Shown here: in pieces, positions 37,723 to 49,800 of the stretch | Layout of the letters: each line of letters opens with the position of its first letter | Position numbering within the stretch: position 1 is the stretch's first letter | Source: Mobula hypostoma | Taxonomy: Eukaryota | Direction: 5' to 3' | Assembly: GCF_963921235.1 (NCBI RefSeq) | Contig: NC_086097.1 | Span: 90,522,001-90,586,000, forward strand | Length of the DNA stretch: 64,000 bases | The notes under the pieces: model-generated | Seen by the model: the letters and a program-made list of their open reading frames with translations, nothing else | What the model was told of the DNA's origin: nothing | Database searches by the model: none | Translations under genes and position numbers: made by a program

Positions 37723-39964
37723 AAAATTAACAAGGATACATGTAAGTCACACAAACATTTACGAACATGATTTCCTTCTGTCTCTTTAGCAGAGGGAAAG
37801 GAACACAAGCAATTTCCTTGGGGTTGAGGGTGTTTGTATCCCTTCCACCTCTATGGGTGTTGAAGTGGTTCATGAAGTGATGGGAGAGGGTTTGCTGAAT
37901 GACAGTATGGGAGAGACATTTTTTTTCACCAGTGGAGCTGGAGCCAGGGAGAGTGGTTAGTGAGTGGCAGTGTGACGGGCCTGCTGTAACAATGGCAAAG
38001 ACATCAACACAAGATGTTGGCCAGGATTCTAGTAACGTGAACTCCCAGATCCAGTGTAACCTGCTCAAAATGAACTGATGCATTGTATTGATAGTTAGCG
38101 GGATGAAAATCTGTAGGGTATTTTTTTAACTTATTTGGCAAGTATTTATAAGTTGGACTGCTCTGCCTGTGACTGCGGATTAATCAATGATTTAAAGTAG
38201 ATTTGCATAATTATTTGAACAGGAAATGTTTGTCGTGGTACATTCATTACTGCACAAAGGAGGCCATCTAAGGAGTCAAGCCTTGCTTTGATGCTTTCCT
38301 TAAGTGTTGGTTCGCTGCATCTTCCATTATGATATTTTCCTTTCAGTACTGATCCAATTTTCTATAGATGTCATTGATTATACCTGCTCCCAAGCTTTCA
38401 GAGCTAAAAGTTTCTGGTCATTATCACTCACTGCATAATTAAGTTCTATCTCACATTTTGCCCATCATCCCCCCCCCCCCCCATTGTAACCTCTTGTGCA
38501 AAATCTTGGTCTTTGTTCTATCAATCAATGGGTACAACAATTCTTTGCCTGCTGTGCAATAACCTGTCATGATAAATCAGATCTCCCTGTAGTCAACCTT
38601 TTCTCCAAGAAACACAACCCCAAGCTTCTTTCCCTAACGCTTAGCCGCTTTATTCCCAGAAAATTCTGCTAAATTTCTACTGCACCCTCTCAATGATATA
38701 CACATCCTTCATACCCTGGTGGTTGGATCTTAAAGCAATAGGCTAGCTGTAATCCAACCAGAACTTTATGAAGATTCAGCAGAACTTTTCTGCTCTTATA
38801 CTCAATGCCTTGGTTTGTGAAGCTCTTAGATTTATACTGGCTTATATTTAAGGAAAGAGTATATTCGGAAGCCCTTACACTACCTGGGAGAGTAAAAATG
38901 TCTTCCTGATCTGAATAGTCATACGATACGGAAACAGGCCCAGTGGCCCACCAAACCTGCTGACCATCAAACATTGAGCACCAATCTGTAATAATTCTAC
39001 ACTGATGCCATTTAATTCTCTATACATGCCTCCCGGATTCTACCACTCACTCTCACTAAGGAAAACTTCCAGTAGCCAATTATCCTCCCGTGTTTGGGAT
39101 GTGGGGCGGAAACAGAACCCCCGGGGTCTGTGCACGTAGAGGCCAGGGTGGGGCTATGAGTGAGCAAGTCTATCAGCTGTTCCACCCTGCCACATCACGT
39201 GACTGTCAATGAAGCCTGGAGGAACTGGATGTTTGTAAATAGGTGAAAAAATCTGGCAGCATCCTTCTCATTCGTCATGTGCTTACCTATGCATCAATAT
39301 TGTGAGGGTTTAAATTCAGGCACCGGACCAGCTGTAACTGGTGACTGGACAACTAATACAAATTTGACAACGTCCTATATAGCCGCTCAACCATTTTATC
39401 TATTATCGCTGTCAGTCTAACTAAAGTCAATATTTTTTGATCCACATCTTTTTAAGTCAGGGAAAGAAGGTATTAAAGCACAAAACTGGGGAGTTAGATT
39501 GCGTGATGGCAATTACATAAATCATGTCTATCATTCACCAATGGACAGGTGTGGCAGTAGAAGCTTTTACCATTCAATAAAAGATTGTAATAAATCTCTT
39601 GAAAACACATGGGCACATAAATGAAAGCAATATAGAGATCACAGGCATTTCGAAACATGCACAAATCATATGTTATGCGCCAGAAGCCAGAGGTAAATAG
39701 ATCTAGAATAACAAAGCAAAGCTTCTGCATCACCGTTCCAGGTTTGTAATTCATCTTCTTTTCTACATTCAGATCTTCATTGATGAATAGATCCAAAGAC
39801 CACATTGAACTCACCCCCTGAAAAACGTATGAATGCAATCCCCTCCACGGCATTTGAATGAAATTTCAGTTTGGACAACCTAGACAACCTAAATAAATGC
39901 GTGAGAGCATATGTACATTGAACAACTCTGACACTGGAAACCTCTTACAACAGTAAATGCTTAG

Positions 39965-41630
39965 TTCAAAGTTCAAAGGTTCATTTATTATCATAGAATG
40001 TATGCAGTATACAACTCCGAGGTTCGTCTTCTCCAGATAGCCATGAAACTAAGAAAAATCATGGCAGTCGTTCAAAGAGAATCATCAAATCCACCCCTCA
40101 CCACATAAAAAAGAACGGCAACATGATCATTAACGGAGGGTGGAGCTTAGGATGATGGTGCTCAACGGTGACTCCTTTGCTTGCATCTTCAGAAACAGCT
40201 CTGTTTCTATCTTTAACATCTCTATCTTTCCTTTTCAGGGTTCTTTTGACCTGGAGTTGCACGCCGTCTTCGGGTCTTTGTGGAAATGGGATCCGCTCAT
40301 AGGGTCTAACGACTGGACGCTTTTCGATAGGCCAAGGAAGTGGCCTGGAAGATCAGCGTGCCTTCAGAGTGCCAGATTTTCATGGCTCTGAAGGCAGGCA
40401 GTTTCGAGGTTGGTGGGTGAACACGGAAGATTGAAAACAGCGAGCTGGCTGCTGGCTGCGTGCCCAGAGACCCGAGTTCTGGAAGCTCGGAAAAAGTGAC
40501 GCAACGGACTTTTAACGAAACAACTCACTGACTTATGGTATTATGTCTCCCTTCTTGCTGTGAAACGAGGACATCTTTTTCCCTTATTAGAGAGAGGGAG
40601 AGAGCCTGTGGTATGTTGAATACCGGGTGAACGAGTAGTCTTTGGGGTACTGCAAGTCTGTGTCTTTATTGATGCTTTGCTGCACACTTGAGTGCTCGGT
40701 GGAGGGTGCAGATGCTTTTTTGCTGGTGAGGGTGTCATCGCTTTGCTGCTGCTTATGCGTGGGAGGGGGGAGCTGGGGGGCTTTGGGGTTCTAACATCTA
40801 ACTGTCATTCATTCCTTGGGGCACTCCTCTGTTTTTGTGAATACTTGCAAAGAAAAAGAATTTCAGGATGGATATTGTATACATTTCTCTGACATTAAAT
40901 ATATCTATTGAAACCTACAACCCCCTCATACAAAACACAACAACCTCCCCACCCACACAAGAAAACTAACAAACAGAACAAGAACATTGACCCCAAACCT
41001 CCCCTCCCCCTGTGCAAAATGCAACAAGAATATTAACCCCTAAACCCCCTCCCTTCACACAAAAAGACAATGAGAAAGAATGGGCAAAAGCACAGAATAT
41101 AAAAAGCATAAGACAGAAAAAGGCCACAGTCCATAAGCACTCCGTAAATGCAGAACCTCGGTAACATCCTCTGATATCATCAGAAAAGAGAGACACCACC
41201 ACTCGAATGCAGAGGACACCACAAGCCACTACACATGATAGGCTCCCCCCACATACCCCTCCTCTTGCAGCAGAGGGATCCCATCAGCAATCAAAAGGCA
41301 GGCAGTTGATGCTGAGCCCTCTCTCTCCTTCTACGTTTGCCTGGATGTTTCAATCTTCCTTGTTGCTTTAACCGGTGATTCGTGGTTGCATTAATCAGTG
41401 AACATCTAAGTTTCTTTGCCTCAAGAGCATTTGCTTCCCGGAATCCTGTCAGAGACAGCAAAGCACAGGATCACTCAAATGATCTCCAAACTGTAAATTA
41501 TAGACTCTACAGTTCCAGAAACACGTATAATATGAAAAAACAGATGTAAAAGAAGTGAAATAAGCAGTTTTGTGGACTATCTGGAAGATGTTGACCGAGG
41601 GAGCATTGTACGAAGGGCAGTAACATTCTG
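39965..41630. mobile_element. Two nested non-autonomous repeats with Rex-like tails (outer -, inner + ~40135-40915)
   Basis: Outer begins gttcaaagttcaaaggttcatttatta (reverse of a ttgaac tail); inner ends gacattaaatatatctattgaaacct; outer A/C-rich sequence resumes at ~40918. Confidence 0.5.
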
Positions 41631-42050
41631 ATAATTAATAATCCAACCATTTGGAAAGGCCAATGGTTTGACATCTGGCTTGCCAGGTGATGTTTGCAAT
41701 TCCCCACTCAACGAGGCCCTGTTTCCCCTGCTTGTCACCTACTCACTGGGTTCCTGGTTCCCGCACACCTTTCCACTTACTGGGGCTCAGATTCTAACAC
41801 TCCTTTAAACTCACCAGGTTATAGTGGCCATGCTCTCTTAAAAACTTAGCAACTTCAAAGTTACTGTGCTTTATCTCTCAAAAAGTGAAATAAAAATGCT
41901 TTGGAGTTTTATTGTATACAGTAGTTATTATTTGTCATTATCACTGATTGGTTTTTTATGTTAACCATCTGTTATGAAAAGTCCACAATGGATGGTCTCA
42001 AGCCCGGTTGCAAGAGAGGGAGAGTTTGGTACAGGGCTAGCAATCCAAAA

Positions 42051-42817
42051 AGACCATAAGACATGGGAGCAGATTTAGACCATCTAGCCCATTGAGTCTG
42101 CTCGGCCATTCAATCATGGCTGATCCTTTTTTCTATCTTCTCCTCAATCCCAGTTCCTAGCCTTCTCCCTGTAACCTTTGATGCCATGTCCAATCAAGAA
42201 CCTATCAATCTCTGCCTTAAATATACCCAACGACCTGGCCTCCACAGCTGCATGTGGCAACAAATTCCACAAATTCACCACCCCTGGGCTAAAGAAATTT
42301 CTCTGCATCTCTGTTTTGAAAGGGTGCCCCTCTATACTGATGCTGTGCCCTCTTGTCCTACACTCTCCCAGCATGGGAAACATCCTTTCCACATCTACTC
42401 TGTCTAAGACTTTCAACATTCGAAAGGTTTCAATGAGATCCCCCCTCATCCTTCTGAATTCCAGCAAGTACAGACCCAGAGCCACCAAACGTTCCTCATA
42501 TGATAACCCTTTCATTCCTGGAATCATCCTTGTGTATCTCCTCTGGATCCCCTCCAATGCCAGCACATCTTTTCTAAGATGAGGAGCCTAAAACTGTTAA
42601 CAAAACTCAAGGTGAGGCCTCACCAGTGCCTTATAAAGCCTCAGCATCACATCCTTACTCTTGTATTCTAGACCTCGAAATGAATATTAACATGGCATCT
42701 TACCTGCAAGTTAACCTTTAGGGTGTTCTGCCCAGGGACTCCCAAGTTCCTTTGCATCTCAGATTTTTGGATTTTCTCCACATTTAGAAAATAATCCGCA
42801 CATTTATTTCTACTACC
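42051..42817 (-). mobile_element. CR1 LINE 3' fragment, relatively young
   Basis: ORF 42144-42566: LEGIQRRYTRMIPGMKGLSYEERL...RRMRGDLIETFRML...RTRGH...VVNLWNLLP. Confidence 0.93.
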
Positions 42818-44658
42818 TTTTCAGTTGAAGACATTGTGCGATGAGGAAATTGCAACCTGGATCATTTTTGGACATTTCAGAAATCTTCCTGCTCCTTTAG
42901 CATTCCAACCCGAGACATCTGGCCAATCTCTTCCCATTACACTCCCTCCCCCAACCTTCCCACTGCTTCACATACCTGGGCAATTATTATCGTGCTGCTG
43001 TTGGTATGTTGTTGTCTCAAACTTCATTTTAAGGTTACCAGTGATCCATCGGATAGATGTAGTGTACAACTTCAATGAAATATATTGTTCACTGTGGTGT
43101 GTGGAAAGAAATATTTATATAAAGCCTTTCACTATCTCAGGACACCTCAGGACACTCAAAAGGCAATGAAGTGGTTATTAATGTATGGAGGGGAATGTGC
43201 CAGACAATTGGAGAAGGACAGGTCATCACATAGAATTGAACAGCACAGTAAAAGGTCCTTTGGTCCTCTGAATCTATGTCAACCTTTAAATACCTAATTA
43301 CACTTTGTCTATACTTAAATCATTTTATTCTCCCATACACCCATCAATTCACCCAGATTCTGCCCCTCATGTACACACTTAGGCCAATATACAGCAACTG
43401 AAGAACTCAGTAACTACGCACATTTGGAATATGGAGGAAACTGAGGTGCCCAGACGAAATCCACACAGTCTTCGGGGGAATGTACACATTCCACACTGGT
43501 ACTAGGAATGTTAACCTTACTACAGCCATAAGAGAAGAGACCTTCCTTCCGCTGGTGCTTCTGGGCACCTTTAATGGGCTTTTGATTCACACATGCCCTG
43601 GGATTTGGGCAACTTGTGAAGAAGCAAGAGAAGGCAAAGAAAGGCTTCTGCCAGTATAGAGCCATACCGGTGATGTATGGCCGCTCAGACTTTGTTGCAT
43701 TTGGTTCCTAGGCCCATTTGCCCTTTTCTTTAGATTCTAAATGCAGTAGATCTTGGACCAGGCCTGGTCTGGTTCTAAATAAGGATCTTGGCCTGAAACA
43801 TCGACTACTTATTGATTTCCATAGATGCTGCCTGACCTGCTGAGTTCCTCCAGCATTCTGTGTGTGTTGCACTGGTTAGGTGCCACTTTTGTAAAATGAG
43901 GAAGCCTTTGTGTTAGGGCGGGGACGAGGCAAAGAGGATGAGCGGGAGAAGTAAGTGTGAACATAGTACCACTCTCTACGGTCTCCAGCCTTTCGCTAGC
44001 TATTACCACATTGGTATTTCAGCCCCATTTCACCAGGAACCAGTACCTAATCTGTTTGCTCAACCTGCCAGATTTTGCAAAGCAAGTGAGAAAAACTAGT
44101 CAGTCAACATATATCAGTGGATGCTATCCATAGATGCTGCCTGACTTGCTGAGTTCCTCCCATCCCATCCCATTTTTCATCCTATCCAATCCTTGGGTGC
44201 TTCCTTCCAATAGACTTGAAGTTCTACCAGTCAAGAACTCCCTCTGACACTACTTCTGGCACAAGGATCTTGATGTCGGTGCCAAGGAAATCGAGGTGCT
44301 TACTCTTGGATCTGTGACAATCACCTTATCTTGTATTCCCCAAGCCCTCACCATTGATTGGGTTCAGTGCTCAGCTCTCATTAGGAGAAGGAACCATGGT
44401 GTGATGTGACACAAGATCGTTTCACCTGGTTCATGATACCACCGATATCCTGTGGCCCTAGGAAAGACATCAATCACCATTGGTGTCTCCTAAACACTTC
44501 AGTCCTGGCATAAGGTACAGACAAATATCAGCAGGACAAAAAGCACTATGTTCTTTCATGTAAACAACAGGAATTCTGCAGATGCTGGAAATTCAAGCAA
44601 CACACATCAAAGTTGCTGGTGAACGCAGCAGGCCAGGCAGCATCTCTAGGAAGAGGTA

Positions 44659-44696
44659 CAGTCGACGTTTCAGGCCGAGACCCTTCGTCAGGACTA
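44659..44696 (-). ncRNA. Minimal type I hammerhead ribozyme motif (PLE-type)
   Basis: Minus strand: agtc-CUGACGA-agggtctcggcct-GAAA-C-GUC-gact; stem I agtc/gact, palindromic ACGU in place of helix III. Confidence 0.8.
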
Positions 44697-45192
44697 ACTG
44701 AAGGAAGAGTGAGTAAGAGATTTGAAAGTTGGAGGGGGAGGGGGAGATCCAAAATGATAGGAGAAGACAGGAGGGGGAGGGATGGAGCCAAGAGCTGGAC
44801 AGGTGATAGGCAAAAGGGATACGAGAGGATCATGGGACAGGAGGTCCGGGAAGAAAGACAAGGAGAGGTGTGACCCAGAGGATGGGCAAGGGGTATAGTC
44901 AGAGGGACAGGGGGAGAAAAAGGAGAGTGAGAAAGAATGTGTGTATAAAAATAAATAACAGATGGGGTATGAGGGGAAGGTGGGGCATCAACGGAAGTTA
45001 GAGAAGTCAATGTTCATGCCATCAGGTTGGAGGCTACTCAGACGGAATATAAGGTGTTATCCCCTTTGCCAATGACCTGTCCAGCTCTTGGCTCCATCCT
45101 TCCCCCTCCTGTCTTCTCCTATCATTTTGGATCCCCCCCTCCCCTCCCCTCCCCCTCCCACTTTCAAATCTCTTACTAACTTTTCCTTCAGT

Positions 45193-45230
45193 TAGTCCTG
45201 ACGAAGGGTCTCGACCTGAAACGTCGACTG
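45193..45230 (+). ncRNA. Minimal type I hammerhead ribozyme motif (PLE-type)
   Basis: agtc-CUGACGA-a-gggt(ctcg)acct-GAAA-C-GUC-gact; predicted cleavage after C45225. Confidence 0.8.
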
Positions 45231-45757
45231 TATCTCTTCCTAGAGATGCTGCCTGGCAACTTTGATGTGTGTTACATGTTTTTTCATGTCTTTTAATTTT
45301 GAGGCCTTGAGCTACCAGTGGCCTTTTTGCCGTGTTGGTTTGAATTAATTGTTACCATCCTGTGTCCTTGGGTGTAGGAATTTTGTACTCAATCTGCAGG
45401 TCTGATGTTGATGTTCATTGGCTGTGTGTCTAGTTTGAAAGAACATGCTCTTTTACAGAAGGAAGAAATCAATCATTTTATCCTGCACAATATCCAAGCT
45501 TAAAGCTTTAGCTCTTCACAGCATCACATGTTCCTAGGCTAATACTAGTCATTAATAAAGACTCTCTCAATAGATACTCTGCACTAACAGACACTTTCTG
45601 TTGACACCCTATATTGATAAATCTATGCATGATAGGTATTTTCCCTTATTGATTGATACCATTGAATAATTCTCTTTATACTAATAGATAATTTACTGGC
45701 AGATCATTTTTATTAATAGATATTCCACACTGATAGATGGTCTGTATTAGTGGATAT

Positions 45758-46110
45758 TATCAGGGCGCTGGAGCAGGGATCCAATCACAGACCCAGTACT
45801 GAGCACACAGTGATATTAATTGAGTAACAAATCCGGAGGTGCAAACAAAGTCAGCGTCAAAGTTCAGGCAGAGATCAAAACATCCAGAGAAATCCAAACA
45901 CCAGAATTGGGAAACAGGCAGAGTCGATATTCGGATGGAAAGAGTACAGATACGAATGCTGGAAAGGCTCAGGAAATTTCACTGGCACAATCTGGCAACA
46001 AACAGGTGAAAATACAGGACTGAAATACACTGAGCAATAAACAGAGAGGCAGATGATAGGTGGAGCACAATGAGACACGGGTGGCAGCAATACAGGTAAT
46101 AATGAGAAAC
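45758..46110 (-). mobile_element. Probable older LTR (3' part), interrupted at 46111
   Basis: Reverse complement ends gggtctgtgattggatccc...ccctgata (decayed TGACA terminus) and is T-rich like fish Gypsy-type LTR R/U5; sequence character changes abruptly at 46111. Confidence 0.5.
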
Positions 46111-46828
46111 TGTCATGGTCTAGTCCGCGAAATCTGCATTCCGGTTCACGGTCCGGTCCATGGACTCAGGACTCCGGGTCTTCCAGCTGTCCCTTTTTGA
46201 CTAAATCAAAGGCACCTGATTCCCATCTTTGGGCTTGCAATATAAGTAGCCTTGGGATTGAGTGTGGGCTGCTGGTTTGTCTTATCAGTCCCCCTTGGAG
46301 CAACCTGCTGGTGGAAGGCTAGTGCAGCCAATTGGCATCTTTAGGCTGTGTCGGGGAAACATCCCCTCATGGAGCCTTGCTGTCAATAGTTGAAGCTATC
46401 TTTGTGGTATGGATTTGGCTGTTCCTGGGCCAGCTGAGTGGCTGCCAACTGCTCTGATCTAGGTAGGGATCCGGCTGTTTCCTGGGCCAGCTGAGGTTGA
46501 TGGCTGAACTGAGACGCGGAGCTACCCTGGAGCAAAGATGGAACTGTCTGTTGTTCTTCGTTGTTTGTCTCTTGTCCTCGCCTCTGTGGGGTAAGTCAGG
46601 CTGTCTTGCTGTTGCCCTGTGGGGGGACATGTCTTGTCTTTGCCTCTGTTGGGTAAGTCTGATTGTCCTGCTATTACTCAACAGGTGGACCTGTTCCACC
46701 TTGGTGTGGAGACGTAGATGAGTCCTGGCTTATCGAAGGATAAATCCCGGCTCTAGGTTGATGTTCAGTTCCCAGTCTGTCTCTTAGCTCCAGTCTCCGA
46801 GTAATCAGCCTCCACATTTCACGACAAA
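46111..46828 (+). mobile_element. Probable LTR 5' part (Gypsy-like) leading directly into the satellite
   Basis: Starts TGTCA; CACCTG (46213-46218) ~28 bp upstream of TATAAG (46241-46246); internal short direct repeats (cctgggccagctgag x2; gcctctgt.gggtaagtc x2). The 3' terminus is not in the window. Confidence 0.6.
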
Positions 46829-49800
46829 GATCCCGCAGCCAAGCTGCGAGAGCCCAAGCCTCAGGGACCCCGCAGCCGAGCTCCGAGAGCCCAAGCCTCG
46901 AGGGCCCCGCAGCCGAGCTCCGAGAGCCCAAGCCTCGAGGGCCCCGCAGCCGAGCTCCGAGAGCCCAAGCCTCGAGGATCCGGCAGCCGAGCTCCAAGAA
47001 CCCAAGCCTCGAGGATCCCGCAGCCGAGCTCCAAGAACCCAAGCCTCGAGGATCCAGCAGCCGAGCTCCAAGAACCCAAGCCTCGAGGATCCCGCAGCCG
47101 AGCTCCAAGAACCCAAGCCTCGAGGATCCCGCGGCCGAGCCCCAAGAACCCAAGCCTCGAGGATCCCGCAGCCGAGCTCAGGGCCCAAGATCCCAGCACC
47201 CAAGCCTCGAGGATCCCGCAGCCGAGCTTCAAGAGCCCAAGCCTCTAGGATCCCGCAGCCGAGCTCCAAGATCCGATGTCTCGAGGAACCCGCAGCTGAG
47301 CTGCAGGCTCAAGACCCAAGGCTCGAGGACCGTGCAGCCGAGCCCAAGGCCCAAAACCCCAGCACCCAAGCATCGAGGACCCCGCATCCGAGCAACAAGA
47401 ACCGAAGCCTCGAGGATCCTGCATCCGAGCTCCAAGAACCCAAGCCTCGAGGTTCCCCCAGCCGAGCCCCAAGAACCCAAGCCTGGAGGATCCCGCGGCC
47501 GAGCTCCAAGAACCCAAGCCTGGAGGATCCCGCGGCCGAGCTTCGAGAACCCAAGCCTGGAGGATCCCGCGGCCGAGTTCAAAGAACCCAAGCCTCGAGG
47601 ATCCCCCGGCCGAGCTCCAAGAACCCAAGCCTGGAGGATCCCGCGGCCGAGCTCCAAGAACCCAAGCCTGGAGGATCCCGCGGCCGAGCTCCAAGAACCC
47701 AAGCCTGGAGGACCCCGCGGCCGAGCTCCAAGAACCCAAGCCTCGAGTATCCCGCGGCCGAGCTCCAAGAACTCAAGCCTGGAGGACCCCGCGGCCGAGC
47801 TCCAAGAACCCAAGCCTCGAGGATTCCGCGGCCGAGACCCAGGAATCGAAGCCTCGTGGATCCCGCGGCCGAGCTCCAAGAACCCAAACCTCGAGCATCC
47901 CGCAGCCGAGCTCCAAGAACCCAAGCCTCGAGTATACCGCAGCCGAGCTCCAAGAACCCAAGCCTCGAGGATCCCGCAGCCGAGCTCCAAGAACCCAAGC
48001 CTCCAGCAGCCCGCAGCTTAGCTCCAAGAACCCAAGCCTCGAGGAGCCCGCAGCCGAGCTTCAAGAACCGAAGCCTCGAGGATCCTGCATCCGAGCTCCA
48101 AAAACCGAAGCCTCGAGGATCCCGCGGCCGAGCTCCAAGAATCCAATCCTCGAGGATCCCGCGGCCGAGCTCCAAGAACCCAAGCCTCGAGGAACCCGCG
48201 GCCGAGCCCCAGGAACCCAAGCCTCGAGGCTCCCGCGGCCGAGCCCCAGGAACCCAAGCCTCGAGGTCCCGCGGCCGAGCCCCAGGAACCCAAGCCTCGA
48301 GGAACCCGCGGCCGAGCTCCAAGAACCCAAGCCTCGAGGATCCCACAGCCGAGATCCAAGAACCCAGGCCTCTAGGAACCCGCAGCTGAGCTCCAAGAAC
48401 CCAAGCCTCGAGGATCCCGCATCGAGTTGCAGGCTCAAGACCCAAGGCTTAAGGACCATGCAGACGATCCCGAGGCCCAAGGCCCAAGACTCCTGTACCC
48501 AAGCCTCAAGGACCCCGCAGCCGAGCCCAAGACCCCAGCACTGAAGCCACGAGGATCCTGCAGGTGAGCTCCAAGAACCCAAGCCTCGAGGATCCCGCAG
48601 CCGAGCTCCAAGAACCCAAGCCTCGAGGATCCCGCAGCCGAGCTCCAAGAACCCAAGCCTCGAGGATCCCGCAGCCGAGCTCCAAGAACCCAAGCCTGGA
48701 GGATCCCGCAGCCGAGCTCCAAGAGCCCAAGCCCCGAGGATCCTGCAGCCGAGCTGCTAGAATCCAAACCTCGAGGATCCAGCTGCCGAGCTCCAAGAAC
48801 CCAAGTCTCGAGGATCCCGCAGCCGAGCTCAGGGCCCAAGATCCCAGCACCCAAGCCTCGAGGATCCCGCAGCCGAGCTTCAAGAGCCCAAGCCTCTAGG
48901 ATCCCGCAGCCGAGCTCCAAGATCCGATGTCTCGAGGAACCCGCAGCTGAGCTGCAGGCTCAAGACCCAAGGCTCGAGGACCGTGCAGCCGAGCCCAAGG
49001 CCCAAAACCCCAGCACCCAAGCATCGAGGACCCCGCATCCGAGCAACAAGAACCCAAGCCTCGAGGATCCTGCATCCGAGCTCCAAGAACCCAAGCCTCG
49101 AGGATCCCGCAGCCGAGCCCCAAGAACCCAAGCCTCGAGGATCCCGCGGCCGAGCTCCAAGAACCCAAGCCTCGAGGATCCCGCGGCCGAGCTCCAAGAA
49201 CCCAAGCCTGGAGGATCCCGCGGCCGAGCTCCAAGAGCCCAAGCCTCGAGGATCCCGCGGCCGAGATCCAAGAACCCAAGCCTGGAGGATCCCGCGGCCG
49301 AGTTCCAAGAACCCAAGCCTGGAGGATCCCGCGGCCGAGTTCCAAGAACCCAAGCCTGGAGGATCCCGCGGCCGAGTTCCAAGAACCCAAGCCTGGAGGA
49401 TCCCGCGGCCGAGTTCCAAGAACCCAAGCCTGGAGGATCCCGCGGCCGAGTTTCAAGAACCCAAGCCTGGAGGATCCCACGGCTGATCTCCAAGAACCCA
49501 AGCCTCGAGGATCCCGCAGCCGAGCTCAGGGCCCAAGATCCCAGCACCCAAGCCTCGAGGATCCCGCAGCCGAGCTTCAAGAGCCCAAGCCTCTAGGATC
49601 CCGCAGCCGAGCTCCAAGATCCGATGTCTCGAGAATCCCGCGGCCGAGCTCCAAGAACCGAAGTCTCGAGGATCCCACAGCCGAGCCCAAGGCCCATGAT
49701 CCCAGCAACCAAGCCTCGGGGATCCTGCAGCCGAGCTCCCAGAACCCAAGCCTCGAGGATCCCGCAGCCGAGCTCCAAGAACCCAAGCCTCGAGGATCCC

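Larger units (their letters stand above)
44562..45275. mobile_element. Young Penelope-like insertion with inverted pseudo-LTRs
   Basis: 44562-45060 is a minus-strand PLE 3' end (reverse of ...PDGMNIDFS); 45063-45275 is an inverted partial copy; 14-bp TSD atgttctttcatgt (44548-44561) / atgttttttcatgt (45276-45289). Confidence 0.92.

Noticed and set aside
37099..38083. Short ORFs and acceptor-like sites in unique sequence as host exons
   Set aside because: No recognisable protein similarity and no consistent donor/acceptor pairs.
45555..45755. Faint ~16-bp periodicity (aatagata-like words) before the LTR
   Set aside because: Too degenerate and AT-rich to support by eye; needs a tandem-repeat search.
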